DNA of 58,248 nt from a virus (taxonomy: Duplodnaviria > Caudoviricetes). The notes under the pieces were generated by a model. The model saw only the letters and a list, made by a program, of their open reading frames with translations, had not been told where the DNA came from and searched no databases. The stretch spans positions 1-58,248 of the IMG/VR virus record IMGVR_UViG_3300021197_000769. The stretch is one strand, 5' to 3'. Below are positions 40,337 through 47,106 of this stretch, in pieces (position 1 is the stretch's first letter; each line of letters starts with the position of its first letter). Both the position numbers and the translations under genes were made by a program.

Positions 40337-40611
40337 TATTTCTTTATTTTTTTACCTTCTTTTTTAGTTCCGTTACCGTCATTACCACGGTTACGCTTTA
40401 CTGACTCAAACTTACCATCCTCGTGATCGTAGTCTTTACCCTTTATATTCACGCCGTTCTTCTTAGCCTTATTTCTCTTTCTTTGGTTCTCCGCCTTCAT
40501 CTTCGTTCGCCTATCCGTAAGAGCATACTTTAAGTCTCTCTCTTCTTTTCTTTTTCTAGCACCTGGACTTAACTTCTGTTTAGGTCCACCGGGTTTACGA
40601 GGCTTAGCCAT
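40336..40611 (-). CDS. Small basic protein with minimal HNH-like motif
   Basis: 91 aa; GKDYDH.DG..ESVKRNRG; first gene of the late arm. Confidence 0.6.
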   Translation of the reverse strand: MAKPRKPGGPKQKLSPGARKRKEERDLKYALTDRRTKMKAENQRKRNKAKKNGVNIKGKDYDHEDGKFESVKRNRGNDGNGTKKEGKKIKK

Positions 40612-40686
40612 ATTATCGATGTTTAATTTTGTGTTCTATACTTATAAATAGTTACACAGGAAACACAATACTTACATAGACAAAAC

Positions 40687-40734
40687 GTGACAATAGCCTG
40701 TTATTATATATACTTAATAACCTAACGTCACACT
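40687..40734 (+). promoter_or_regulatory. Dyad element, copy A
   Basis: GTGACAATAG-CCTGTTA-(AT core)-TAATAAC-CTAACGTCAC-ACT; homologous to 43012-43060 and (inverted) 47957-48004. Confidence 0.7.
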
Positions 40735-40771
40735 ACCTGGCGTTTTGATTTTTTTTTTAAAAAAATTTTTT

Positions 40772-40831
40772 TTAGATATAGAGATATTTAGTTAGATGTA
40801 GAGATATTGGGTTAGATATAGAGATATTTGG
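40772..40831. repeat. Three tandem 20-bp iteron-like repeats
   Basis: TTAGATATAGAGATATTTAG / TTAGATGTAGAGATATTGGG / TTAGATATAGAGATATTTGG, preceded by a pure T/A tract (40748-40773). Confidence 0.8.
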
Positions 40832-41025
40832 GGTTATACATATATTTTTTTACAAATTTTCAAAAAGGAAATGATTTTCATTTTACCCAGCCCCCCAGGT
40901 TTTTTCTGGATCGGCGTATATATACCGGGTTTTTACGATTTTCCTGCCACATATTTGAGTTTTTCTGGGGCAGCACACGACAGCGAGCGCAGCGAGCGGA
41001 GCGAAGCGGAGGGGGTGTATAGCAC

Positions 41026-41067
41026 CGCAGACATAATACGTGGTTGACATGATAATAATAGTGTAAC
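41026..41067 (+). promoter_or_regulatory. Early promoter-like motif copy 1
   Basis: CGCAGACATAATACG-N9-TGATAATAATAGTGTAAC. Confidence 0.75.
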
Positions 41068-41104
41068 AAATGATAAGAATACGATCAATGTAAGTAAAGA
41101 ATTT

Positions 41105-41145
41105 CGCAGACAAAATACGTAGTGTATTTGATAATAATAGTGTAA
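41105..41145 (+). promoter_or_regulatory. Early promoter-like motif copy 2
   Basis: CGCAGACAAAATACG-N9-TGATAATAATAGTGTAA, upstream of ATG 41182. Confidence 0.8.
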
Positions 41146-41181
41146 GTAAGTTAATAAGTTAATAATTAAATAATTAAAATT

Positions 41182-41520
41182 ATGAGTAATCAAGAGATCA
41201 TTGCAAAAGCAATAAGTAAGTTAAGTGACGAAGAGAAAGCCGTAATCTACCCACCAGTGTTCAGAAAGAACTTCGTAGTCCGCAAGAGTTGGATGGGACG
41301 TAACCAAGTAATAACATTCGACACTAAGCCGACTAAGACTAAGCCAAGTGTGCGAGTAACGTACAACCACGACGAGGTGTTGGAAGCGATGTTGCCGAGA
41401 CTCAACCTGATGCCATGCTGGGCAAAGCGAGAATACTGGTCACAGAGCACAGACATGCCGAGCACAGTAAAGCATCTGGGCAAGCGTGAAGCAATCGAAG
41501 CTGAGGTTACTGAAAAGTAA
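41182..41520 (+). CDS. First early gene, hypothetical
   Basis: 112 aa after two promoter-like motifs and an A-rich leader. Confidence 0.75.
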   Translation: MSNQEIIAKAISKLSDEEKAVIYPPVFRKNFVVRKSWMGRNQVITFDTKPTKTKPSVRVTYNHDEVLEAMLPRLNLMPCWAKREYWSQSTDMPSTVKHLGKREAIEAEVTEK

Positions 41521-41575
41521 TCTTAGCACCCCTCGGGGTACAATTAATCAAGTATATACCATTAAAATTAGACAA

Positions 41576-41923
41576 ATGGCAACAGAATTAAAGAAATTTG
41601 CAAGTGTAATGCCTGCAACGTCAACCACACCCTTTACAACCGTAGCAACCATGGGCCTGACAAGGTTCTCAGGAGGCTCAGCCGGGACAAAACTTCAGAT
41701 AACGATCCAAAACGGTGTTACCCAACACGGGATCACATGCACGACTCTGAATAGAGCACAGGTCAAAGACCTAGTAAAGACACTCCAAGAAGCTTTCGAG
41801 CTCACAGACGAGCCGGATGACGACCAGGACGAGGAAATCCTAAGCGACTGCTGCGGCGCGGACTCTTGGTGGAGCGACAGAAGCCTCTGCGGGGAGTGCC
41901 TTGAGCACGCGGACTTCACCTAA
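41576..41923 (+). CDS. Early protein with C-terminal Zn-ribbon
   Basis: Start moved to ATG 41576 (MATELKK); ends SDCCGA...LCGECLEH. Confidence 0.65.
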   Translation: MATELKKFASVMPATSTTPFTTVATMGLTRFSGGSAGTKLQITIQNGVTQHGITCTTLNRAQVKDLVKTLQEAFELTDEPDDDQDEEILSDCCGADSWWSDRSLCGECLEHADFT

Positions 41924-41948
41924 CCTGCAATATAGCCAGGGCTGTAGG

Positions 41949-41975
41949 CAACTGTTGCGATTTTTGCAACAGTTG
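41949..41975. other. Intergenic perfect inverted repeat
   Basis: CAACTGTTGC-GATTTTT-GCAACAGTTG, 10-bp stem. Confidence 0.6.
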
Positions 41976-42050
41976 AAATACGACCAGCGCGGAGCGCGGG
42001 GAGGGCAGCCGAAGGCTGTATAGCATATAGCATTTTCGGTATATATAGTT

Positions 42051-42092
42051 CGCAGACAAAATACGTAGTTATTATGATAATATATGTGTAAC
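42051..42092 (+). promoter_or_regulatory. Early promoter-like motif copy 3
   Basis: CGCAGACAAAATACG-N9-TGATAATATATGTGTAAC, upstream of ATG 42124. Confidence 0.8.
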
Positions 42093-42123
42093 AAAGTTAA
42101 TAATTAAACAAACAAAAAAAGTT

Positions 42124-42441
42124 ATGAAAAGTAATATGACATTAACACGGGAACAAGTAATAGCTATCGCGGATCGATTAGATGATGTAATCGGCGATCA
42201 CTTTTATGACTCTATTATAGCTGAGGTAGATGAAGAGATTGAAGACGCGGACGTATATGAAATAAAAAAAGAGTTAGCCCTAGGCTATCTAGAAGAATGT
42301 ACTAAATCCCAAAAACAAATAGAATATCGCTCCGATGTACTAGCGGAGATTGACAATCTAAACCAGTACTTAGCAGGTAATGTAACTAAGATGGGGTTGA
42401 TAGAGGGTCTAGAAGGATTGCTAAGAACAATAAGAAAATAG
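42124..42441 (+). CDS. Acidic early protein, hypothetical
   Basis: 105 aa, Asp/Glu-rich, own promoter motif and leader. Confidence 0.7.
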   Translation: MKSNMTLTREQVIAIADRLDDVIGDHFYDSIIAEVDEEIEDADVYEIKKELALGYLEECTKSQKQIEYRSDVLAEIDNLNQYLAGNVTKMGLIEGLEGLLRTIRK

Positions 42442-42450
42442 CAATATAAT

Positions 42451-42470
42451 GGGGTGAAACTCCCCTTTTT
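42451..42470 (+). terminator. Weak terminator-like hairpin
   Basis: GGGG-TGAAACT-CCCC-TTTTT, 9 nt after the stop. Confidence 0.45.
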
Positions 42471-42570
42471 CTCTAAATGCTATACGGTCTGGCCCTGCAA
42501 TAAGGTCGAAAGAGTAGACTCCGCTGCGCTCCGTGCTATATGCTATACGGTGAAAGCGGATCAATAGGTT

Positions 42571-42612
42571 CGCAGACAAAATACGTCACCTAAATGATAA
42601 TATATATGTAAC
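42571..42612 (+). promoter_or_regulatory. Early promoter-like motif copy 4
   Basis: CGCAGACAAAATACG-N9-TGATAATATATATGTAAC, upstream of ATG 42638. Confidence 0.8.
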
Positions 42613-42637
42613 GAATAAATAACTAAATAAATAAAAA

Positions 42638-42820
42638 ATGGAAAATTCACTAAAGCACTACGGCTATTACGATGTACTCACTGTTGGTACCTTCAATCTC
42701 TATATAATGAACGAAAAATTCTATACGAAAGACGAGTTTATGAAGAAGATGTTCGGTGAAGAGTTTATGAATAGCGAAAACAAAGGAGAAAAGGTGCAAT
42801 ACGAAGATCTGGAAGGTTAA
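42638..42820 (+). CDS. Early hypothetical protein
   Basis: 60 aa between promoter copies 4 and 5. Confidence 0.6.
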   Translation: MENSLKHYGYYDVLTVGTFNLYIMNEKFYTKDEFMKKMFGEEFMNSENKGEKVQYEDLEG

Positions 42821-42825
42821 CACCG

Positions 42826-42867
42826 TGCAGAAATAATACGTCACTGTAATGATAATATATGTGTAAC
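42826..42867 (+). promoter_or_regulatory. Early promoter-like motif copy 5
   Basis: TGCAGAAATAATACG-N9-TGATAATATATGTGTAAC. Confidence 0.8.
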
Positions 42868-42881
42868 GAAAATTAAACAAA

Positions 42882-43001
42882 ATGAATTTAGAGGAAATTA
42901 GAGACGATATTGCAAATAGTGAGTTCGGTATGGATTACTGTCAACTCGGTGTACTAGAGAAAGAATGGGTAGATGACGAGATCGACGGGTGCGATTTCTA
43001 A
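42882..43001 (+). CDS. Acidic 39-aa early micro-protein (not in ORF track)
   Basis: MNLEEIRDDIANSEFGMDYCQLGVLEKEWVDDEIDGCDF directly after promoter copy 5. Confidence 0.6.
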   Translation: MNLEEIRDDIANSEFGMDYCQLGVLEKEWVDDEIDGCDF

Positions 43002-43011
43002 CCAAAAAAAC

Positions 43012-43060
43012 TGCGACGATAGCCTGTTATATTATTAACTTAATAAGCTAATGTCACACT
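43012..43060 (+). promoter_or_regulatory. Dyad element, copy B
   Basis: TGCGACGATAG-CCTGTTA-(AT core)-TAATAAG-CTAATGTCAC-ACT. Confidence 0.7.
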
Positions 43061-43148
43061 TTTCCAAAGGTTAAACAGAGAGAGAGTGTGTGTTATCTAA
43101 ACACTATTATTTGAAGGTATTTTTATACTGAAATATAGTTACACTCTT

Positions 43149-43188
43149 TGCAGACAAAAAACGTTACTGAATTGATAATAAATATGAA
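43149..43188 (+). promoter_or_regulatory. Early promoter-like motif copy 6
   Basis: TGCAGACAAAAAACG-N9-TGATAATAAATATGAA. Confidence 0.75.
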
Positions 43189-43204
43189 TTTAAAATTTAA
43201 TAGA

Positions 43205-43387
43205 ATGAAGGAGTTAGAAAGTAGATTAGAGGACTTTGATTGGTGGTTCAATATGGCTGACGATTTTAGCAAGTACAAGGCGGGGAATGCGGAATACACT
43301 CGACTTAGAGAGTACATGAAGACCTTACCAGATCAAGAAGCGGTCGATGACCTCTACAATAAACATTGTCCTTGGGGTAAAGAGTAA
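43205..43387 (+). CDS. Early hypothetical protein
   Basis: 60 aa from ATG 43205; FDWWFNMADD...Y..G motif. Confidence 0.65.
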   Translation: MKELESRLEDFDWWFNMADDFSKYKAGNAEYTRLREYMKTLPDQEAVDDLYNKHCPWGKE

Positions 43388-43507
43388 AAACGATGTCTTA
43401 CAAAAGTCGGTAATAAAAGCCGCAGGTGAAAGCTACCTACCTACTATGCAAGTGGTAGCTGAAATAACACGAAATCTGGTGTTATGGATTAACAAACAGT
43501 ACATACA

Positions 43508-43592
43508 GGGAGTTATTAACTTCCGGAGGTTATGGTAGTAAATACTACTGGGATAGTATTTATGAGGGGTTCGATTCCCCTTGCTTCCACTA
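43508..43592 (+). ncRNA. tRNA-like structured RNA (non-canonical)
   Basis: Canonical T-arm AGGGG-TTCGATT-CCCCT (43565-43581), 3' acceptor strand GCTTCC-A pairing with GGGAGT (43508) or GGAGGT (43525), 9-bp stem TAAATACTA/TAGTATTTA with 6-nt loop. No canonical D-arm or 7-nt anticodon loop; ends CTA, not CCA. Confidence 0.45.
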
Positions 43593-43612
43593 AAATTAAT
43601 AAATAAATAACT

Positions 43613-44185
43613 ATGAAAAAGATTAAAAAAGTAAGTGAGCAGCAGAGTTGCCAATACACCACTACGTACAAAGTAGACTATGGTATGTTTCAAGTAGATG
43701 TAGAGGTGTACTCAGATGAATTTGAAATAGCGGATTTAAGTAACAAGCTATTTTCGTGTGAAATTCAGGATGTGGGGTTTGAGTTTAGTATAAACGGCAA
43801 ACGATGCAAATATGAAGGATTTAAAGAGCTATATAACAAGCTACACGGTGAAGGTTCTTACCTTGATTTAAACAAAGAATTAGCTGACTATATAGAAGTG
43901 CAGCACCAAAATCTATCTGATAGACCCTATGTACAGAATCTTAGCGTTGACAAAGCAACTGAGTATCTTTCAGAATTACTAACTGACTCTACTTATGCAA
44001 CAGGTACAACTATGTTAGGCAATAAGGAAATAGTATACACAGATAAATGGGCTATTATAGAACTAGCTAAAATTGCAGAACCTAATAAAGTCCATCTAGT
44101 AAAGTGCAAACGAACTAATTGCTCTTCAGGCAAGGAGTATGCTCACTCTATATTCGATCTAAGCGAATACTTTGTTGGCGAATAA
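43613..44185 (+). CDS. Early hypothetical protein
   Basis: 190-aa ORF with A-rich leader. Confidence 0.7.
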   Translation: MKKIKKVSEQQSCQYTTTYKVDYGMFQVDVEVYSDEFEIADLSNKLFSCEIQDVGFEFSINGKRCKYEGFKELYNKLHGEGSYLDLNKELADYIEVQHQNLSDRPYVQNLSVDKATEYLSELLTDSTYATGTTMLGNKEIVYTDKWAIIELAKIAEPNKVHLVKCKRTNCSSGKEYAHSIFDLSEYFVGE

Positions 44186-44190
44186 TCGGT

Positions 44191-44232
44191 TGCAGATTAA
44201 ATACGGCACCGCAATGATAATAAATATGTAAC
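44191..44232 (+). promoter_or_regulatory. Early promoter-like motif copy 7
   Basis: TGCAGATTAAATACG-N9-TGATAATAAATATGTAAC. Confidence 0.8.
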
Positions 44233-44247
44233 AAATAATAAATAAAA

Positions 44248-44397
44248 ATGGGATTAACAAAAGAATACGTAGAAGAGCTAGTTAATATTTCGGATCCTGA
44301 TGGCGTCTGGGCAATGATGCAAGGTCTAGAAATGTGGGAGGAGGTCGAATATATTGAAGAAAAATACTTTAATAATAATGAAACAAATAATAATTAA
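44248..44397 (+). CDS. Acidic 49-aa early micro-protein (not in ORF track)
   Basis: MGLTKEYVEELVNISDPDGVWAMMQGLEMWEEVEYIEEKYF... directly after promoter copy 7. Confidence 0.6.
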   Translation: MGLTKEYVEELVNISDPDGVWAMMQGLEMWEEVEYIEEKYFNNNETNNN

Positions 44398-44675
44398 ATA
44401 CTATGAAAAATAAATCAGATCTATGGAGTCCATATCAAAAAGCTGATATTTTAGCAGGTAACATGTTTGGTGAAATGGGATTATTCTCATTAAGAGACGA
44501 CCAATTAGATCAGATCATAGATCTAAAGAAAGCAGATAAATTGGCTAAGAAACAGTTTGGTGAGTTTGGATTTAAAACTTTAGCTGTAAAAGAAATGGAA
44601 GAGCTGATTGATAATAATTCTAAACTACTACGAGTTAGTTGAAACAAATAATAATTAAATACTATGAAAAATAAA
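44379..44675 (+). repeat. Exact 36-bp direct repeat pair (44379-44414 and 44640-44675) flanking a gene
   Basis: TGAAACAAATAATAATTAAATACTATGAAAAATAAA present twice; includes leader and first codons (MKNK). Confidence 0.85.
44403..44642 (+). CDS. Early protein with internal duplication
   Basis: 79 aa; KADILAGNMFGEMGLFSL / KADKLAKKQFGEFGFKTL. Confidence 0.7.
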   Translation: MKNKSDLWSPYQKADILAGNMFGEMGLFSLRDDQLDQIIDLKKADKLAKKQFGEFGFKTLAVKEMEELIDNNSKLLRVS

Positions 44676-44918
44676 AAACACAATGGTTACTTTAACTACG
44701 AAACGTGGCGAGTAATGCTAGAGATATTAGGAGACATCGAATGGGATGCTGATGAAGAAGTAACTGCAGATCTTCTTGAAGAAATTGTAAACGACGTTGT
44801 CTTCAACAATACAGTTGAAAAAGATTGTCTCGCTGCTAGCTATGCAAGATCCTTCTTGTCTAACGTAAACTACTACGAATTAGCTGAAACAATAAACGAA
44901 GATAGAGTTGCAGACTAA
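44664..44918 (+). CDS. Conserved acidic phage protein
   Basis: 84 aa; HNGYFNYETW.V and VNYYELAE motifs common in small phage early proteins. Confidence 0.7.
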   Translation: MKNKKHNGYFNYETWRVMLEILGDIEWDADEEVTADLLEEIVNDVVFNNTVEKDCLAASYARSFLSNVNYYELAETINEDRVAD

Positions 44919-44949
44919 ATACGCAAACTTATTGATAATATATATGAAC
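44909..44949 (+). promoter_or_regulatory. Early promoter-like motif copy 8
   Basis: TGCAGACTAAATACG-N9-TGATAATATATATGAAC; overlaps the upstream stop codon. Confidence 0.8.
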
Positions 44950-44967
44950 ATTAAATAATTAAATACT

Positions 44968-45204
44968 ATGAAACAAACAGAAATGAATGTAATATTAGCT
45001 CAGCTAAAAACTACACATATGATGGATCAAGCTATGGACGGCTCACACAGTGCTGAGTGGGCAATGAGAAAGTTCGAACCACTACTTGAAATAGGTTACT
45101 CCTATGAAGACATTGCTACCTATGTTGCAATTAAATTACAAGAACTCACAATTAAAGACGAAAGTTTTGCTAAAGATAGACCAAGATATAATGAAGATAA
45201 ATAA
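44968..45204 (+). CDS. Early hypothetical protein
   Basis: 78 aa after promoter copy 8. Confidence 0.65.
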   Translation: MKQTEMNVILAQLKTTHMMDQAMDGSHSAEWAMRKFEPLLEIGYSYEDIATYVAIKLQELTIKDESFAKDRPRYNEDK

Positions 45205-45448
45205 CCTAAAAAGCTTTGTCGGTACTAATATATTTAGTATCACATTTACCAAGAAAGATGGATCAACACGTAAAATGGTCGCTAGGCTGGGAGTAAAATC
45301 CCACCTACGTGGCGGCACAAAAAAGTTCTCTGATGAAGAGCGAGATCTAATAACCGTATTCGATATGAATAACAGAGGTTACCGATCATTCAAAACCACA
45401 AACGTGATTAACCTAAAATGTAACGGAATAACAATTAATTTTAAATAA
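45191..45448 (+). CDS. WYL/Sm-like SH3 beta-barrel protein
   Basis: FSITFTKKDGSTR.M and ITVFDM...GYRSF; start moved to ATG 45191. Confidence 0.7.
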   Translation: MKINNLKSFVGTNIFSITFTKKDGSTRKMVARLGVKSHLRGGTKKFSDEERDLITVFDMNNRGYRSFKTTNVINLKCNGITINFK

Positions 45449-45455
45449 TAATACC

Positions 45456-45830
45456 ATGCAAAAGACTAGAGAAGAAATAGAAAAAAGATTAGCTCAGATT
45501 GATGTGTTTATTACTGAATCAGATATTAGTACAAAAAGACATAATAATGAGAAAGCAATGTTAATCAATGAGTTACAAGATATAAACAAACCAGTGATTG
45601 ATGATGAGATACTAGACCAGATATATGAGGTGATACAAAATCACATGGAAGATATAAACGAAATAGAACCTTGCGACTGTGAGTTTAATTTCGAAATAGA
45701 CCGCGATAATATGGTATATGTTGATTCAATGCAAGTACTAAAGAATCAAGATTATTTTGCTGAATCACTATATAATGACCTTAAAACTTTATTCAAAGTA
45801 AACAAAGAAGAAGATGAAGGTAGCGTTTAA
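45456..45830 (+). CDS. Acidic hypothetical protein
   Basis: 124-aa ORF in operon. Confidence 0.65.
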   Translation: MQKTREEIEKRLAQIDVFITESDISTKRHNNEKAMLINELQDINKPVIDDEILDQIYEVIQNHMEDINEIEPCDCEFNFEIDRDNMVYVDSMQVLKNQDYFAESLYNDLKTLFKVNKEEDEGSV

Positions 45831-45999
45831 TCAAGACACAATAGATTATTTTGCTACTAAAGCTGAGTACCTTGAAGATTCATTAAGAGATGAAATACAG
45901 TTATTTGTAGAAGAGAACTGTCAACCAGAAGGAATAGAAACGTACGAAGACATAGCTGAAGAATTATATAACCAAGTAACACAAAATAAAAATGTATAA
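45814..45999 (+). CDS. Acidic hypothetical protein
   Basis: 61-aa ORF overlapping neighbours. Confidence 0.55.
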   Translation: MKVAFNQDTIDYFATKAEYLEDSLRDEIQLFVEENCQPEGIETYEDIAEELYNQVTQNKNV

Positions 46000-46213
46000 C
46001 GAAAAGAAAACATGGGTATTTTATGGTGCAAATAATAATGGTGATATAATTATCCACTTTATAAAAGACTGTAAGATCCCACACAAAACAAAAGAACAAG
46101 CAACTATGCTACAATTACTAAACGACGATGTATACTGGGCTATAGGTTACGAGACATCCTCTAATTGGAATTTATATAACCGTCAAAATATATCTAACAT
46201 AAGAACATTATGA
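45992..46213 (+). CDS. Hypothetical protein
   Basis: 73-aa ORF, ATGA-coupled to the next gene. Confidence 0.55.
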   Translation: MYNEKKTWVFYGANNNGDIIIHFIKDCKIPHKTKEQATMLQLLNDDVYWAIGYETSSNWNLYNRQNISNIRTL

Positions 46214-46551
46214 ATAAAGAAAAACAAATATTAAATACCGTGTTATATATGGTATGCACATATTACGGAGTAGAACCAGATGACGTTAAAGGAAAGAGTA
46301 GAGAGCGGCACTTAGTAATTGCAAGACAAGTATACTGCCACTTAGCGAGAACATATACTAGATCCACATTTAAACAGATAGGTTCTATTATAAACAGGGA
46401 TCATGCAACCGTAATCCATAGTAATAATCTAACTAAAGTTTTATCTACTATAGAGAAAAAAACAGCATACGATATTCGATCTATTATACAATTAAATCCT
46501 GAAATAAAAGAATTGTTTCAAATTGGGAATGCTATGCTATACACTATATAA
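46210..46551 (+). CDS. Stand-alone DnaA domain IV-like HTH protein
   Basis: VC.YYGV...DVKGKSRER.LVIARQVYCHLAR..T..TFKQIG..INRDHATVIHS matches the DnaA C-terminal signature (RDHTTV.H); no AAA+ domain. Confidence 0.85.
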   Translation: MNKEKQILNTVLYMVCTYYGVEPDDVKGKSRERHLVIARQVYCHLARTYTRSTFKQIGSIINRDHATVIHSNNLTKVLSTIEKKTAYDIRSIIQLNPEIKELFQIGNAMLYTI

Positions 46552-46558
46552 GATCGGT

Positions 46559-46598
46559 TGCAGACAAAATACGATCTAATATTGATAATAATAATGAA
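46559..46598 (+). promoter_or_regulatory. Early promoter-like motif copy 9
   Basis: TGCAGACAAAATACG-N9-TGATAATAATAATGAA, upstream of ATG 46614. Confidence 0.8.
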
Positions 46599-46613
46599 TA
46601 TAAATTAAATCTA

Positions 46614-47105
46614 ATGAATATATTTTACCTACACAAAGATCCTGTGCAAGCTGCTAACATTCAGTACAATAAGCACGTTGTTAAAATGATACTTGAGTCC
46701 GCTCAAATGCTATCTACTGCTCACCACCACTATGCTGAAACCTTAGGCTACGATGCTACTTATATACCATATAAAAAAGCACATTACAACCACCCATCCT
46801 CTATATGGGCACGAGAAAATAGCAGACAATACTATTGGTTATTCAATCATATGTTAGCCCTCGGTAATGAGTATACAAAAAGATATGGCAAAATACACTT
46901 AAGTATTCAAAAATGTTTCGCATCTTTACAGAACTGTCCAGTTGGCATGCCTCTTGGCGGATCCTTTTCAGAGCCTCCACAGTGTATGCCTGATGAATAT
47001 AAAGTACCAAACGATAGTGTTCAAGCTTACTGGAATTATTACATTGGTGATAAACACTCAGTAGCTAATAAAGATGAAAAAATATTTACTAAAAACCCAT
47101 TTTAG
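46614..47105 (+). CDS. Pyrimidine-dimer DNA glycosylase (DenV-related family) protein
   Basis: MNIFYL..DP..AA, KHVVKMILESAQMLSTA, H.NHPS.IW, EY..RYGK.H, PQCMPDEYK, AY.NYY...K. Confidence 0.7.
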   Translation: MNIFYLHKDPVQAANIQYNKHVVKMILESAQMLSTAHHHYAETLGYDATYIPYKKAHYNHPSSIWARENSRQYYWLFNHMLALGNEYTKRYGKIHLSIQKCFASLQNCPVGMPLGGSFSEPPQCMPDEYKVPNDSVQAYWNYYIGDKHSVANKDEKIFTKNPF

Positions 47106-47106
47106 A

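Noticed and set aside
40828-41193. Short ORFs across the divergence region
   Set aside because: They overlap repeats, the GC tract and promoter motifs in several frames with no coherent coding signal; region treated as non-coding.
43508-43592. Canonical tRNA or full tmRNA gene
   Set aside because: No standard D-loop, 6-nt rather than 7-nt anticodon loop, mismatch at acceptor pair 7, no CCA, and no tag reading frame or pseudoknot region recognised; kept only as tRNA-like.
41026-46598. Nine repeats as a CRISPR array or attC-like cassette sites
   Set aside because: Spacing is irregular (79 to ~1650 bp), the intervals contain genes, the repeat has a variable 9-nt core and no dyad, and no cas or integrase gene is present.
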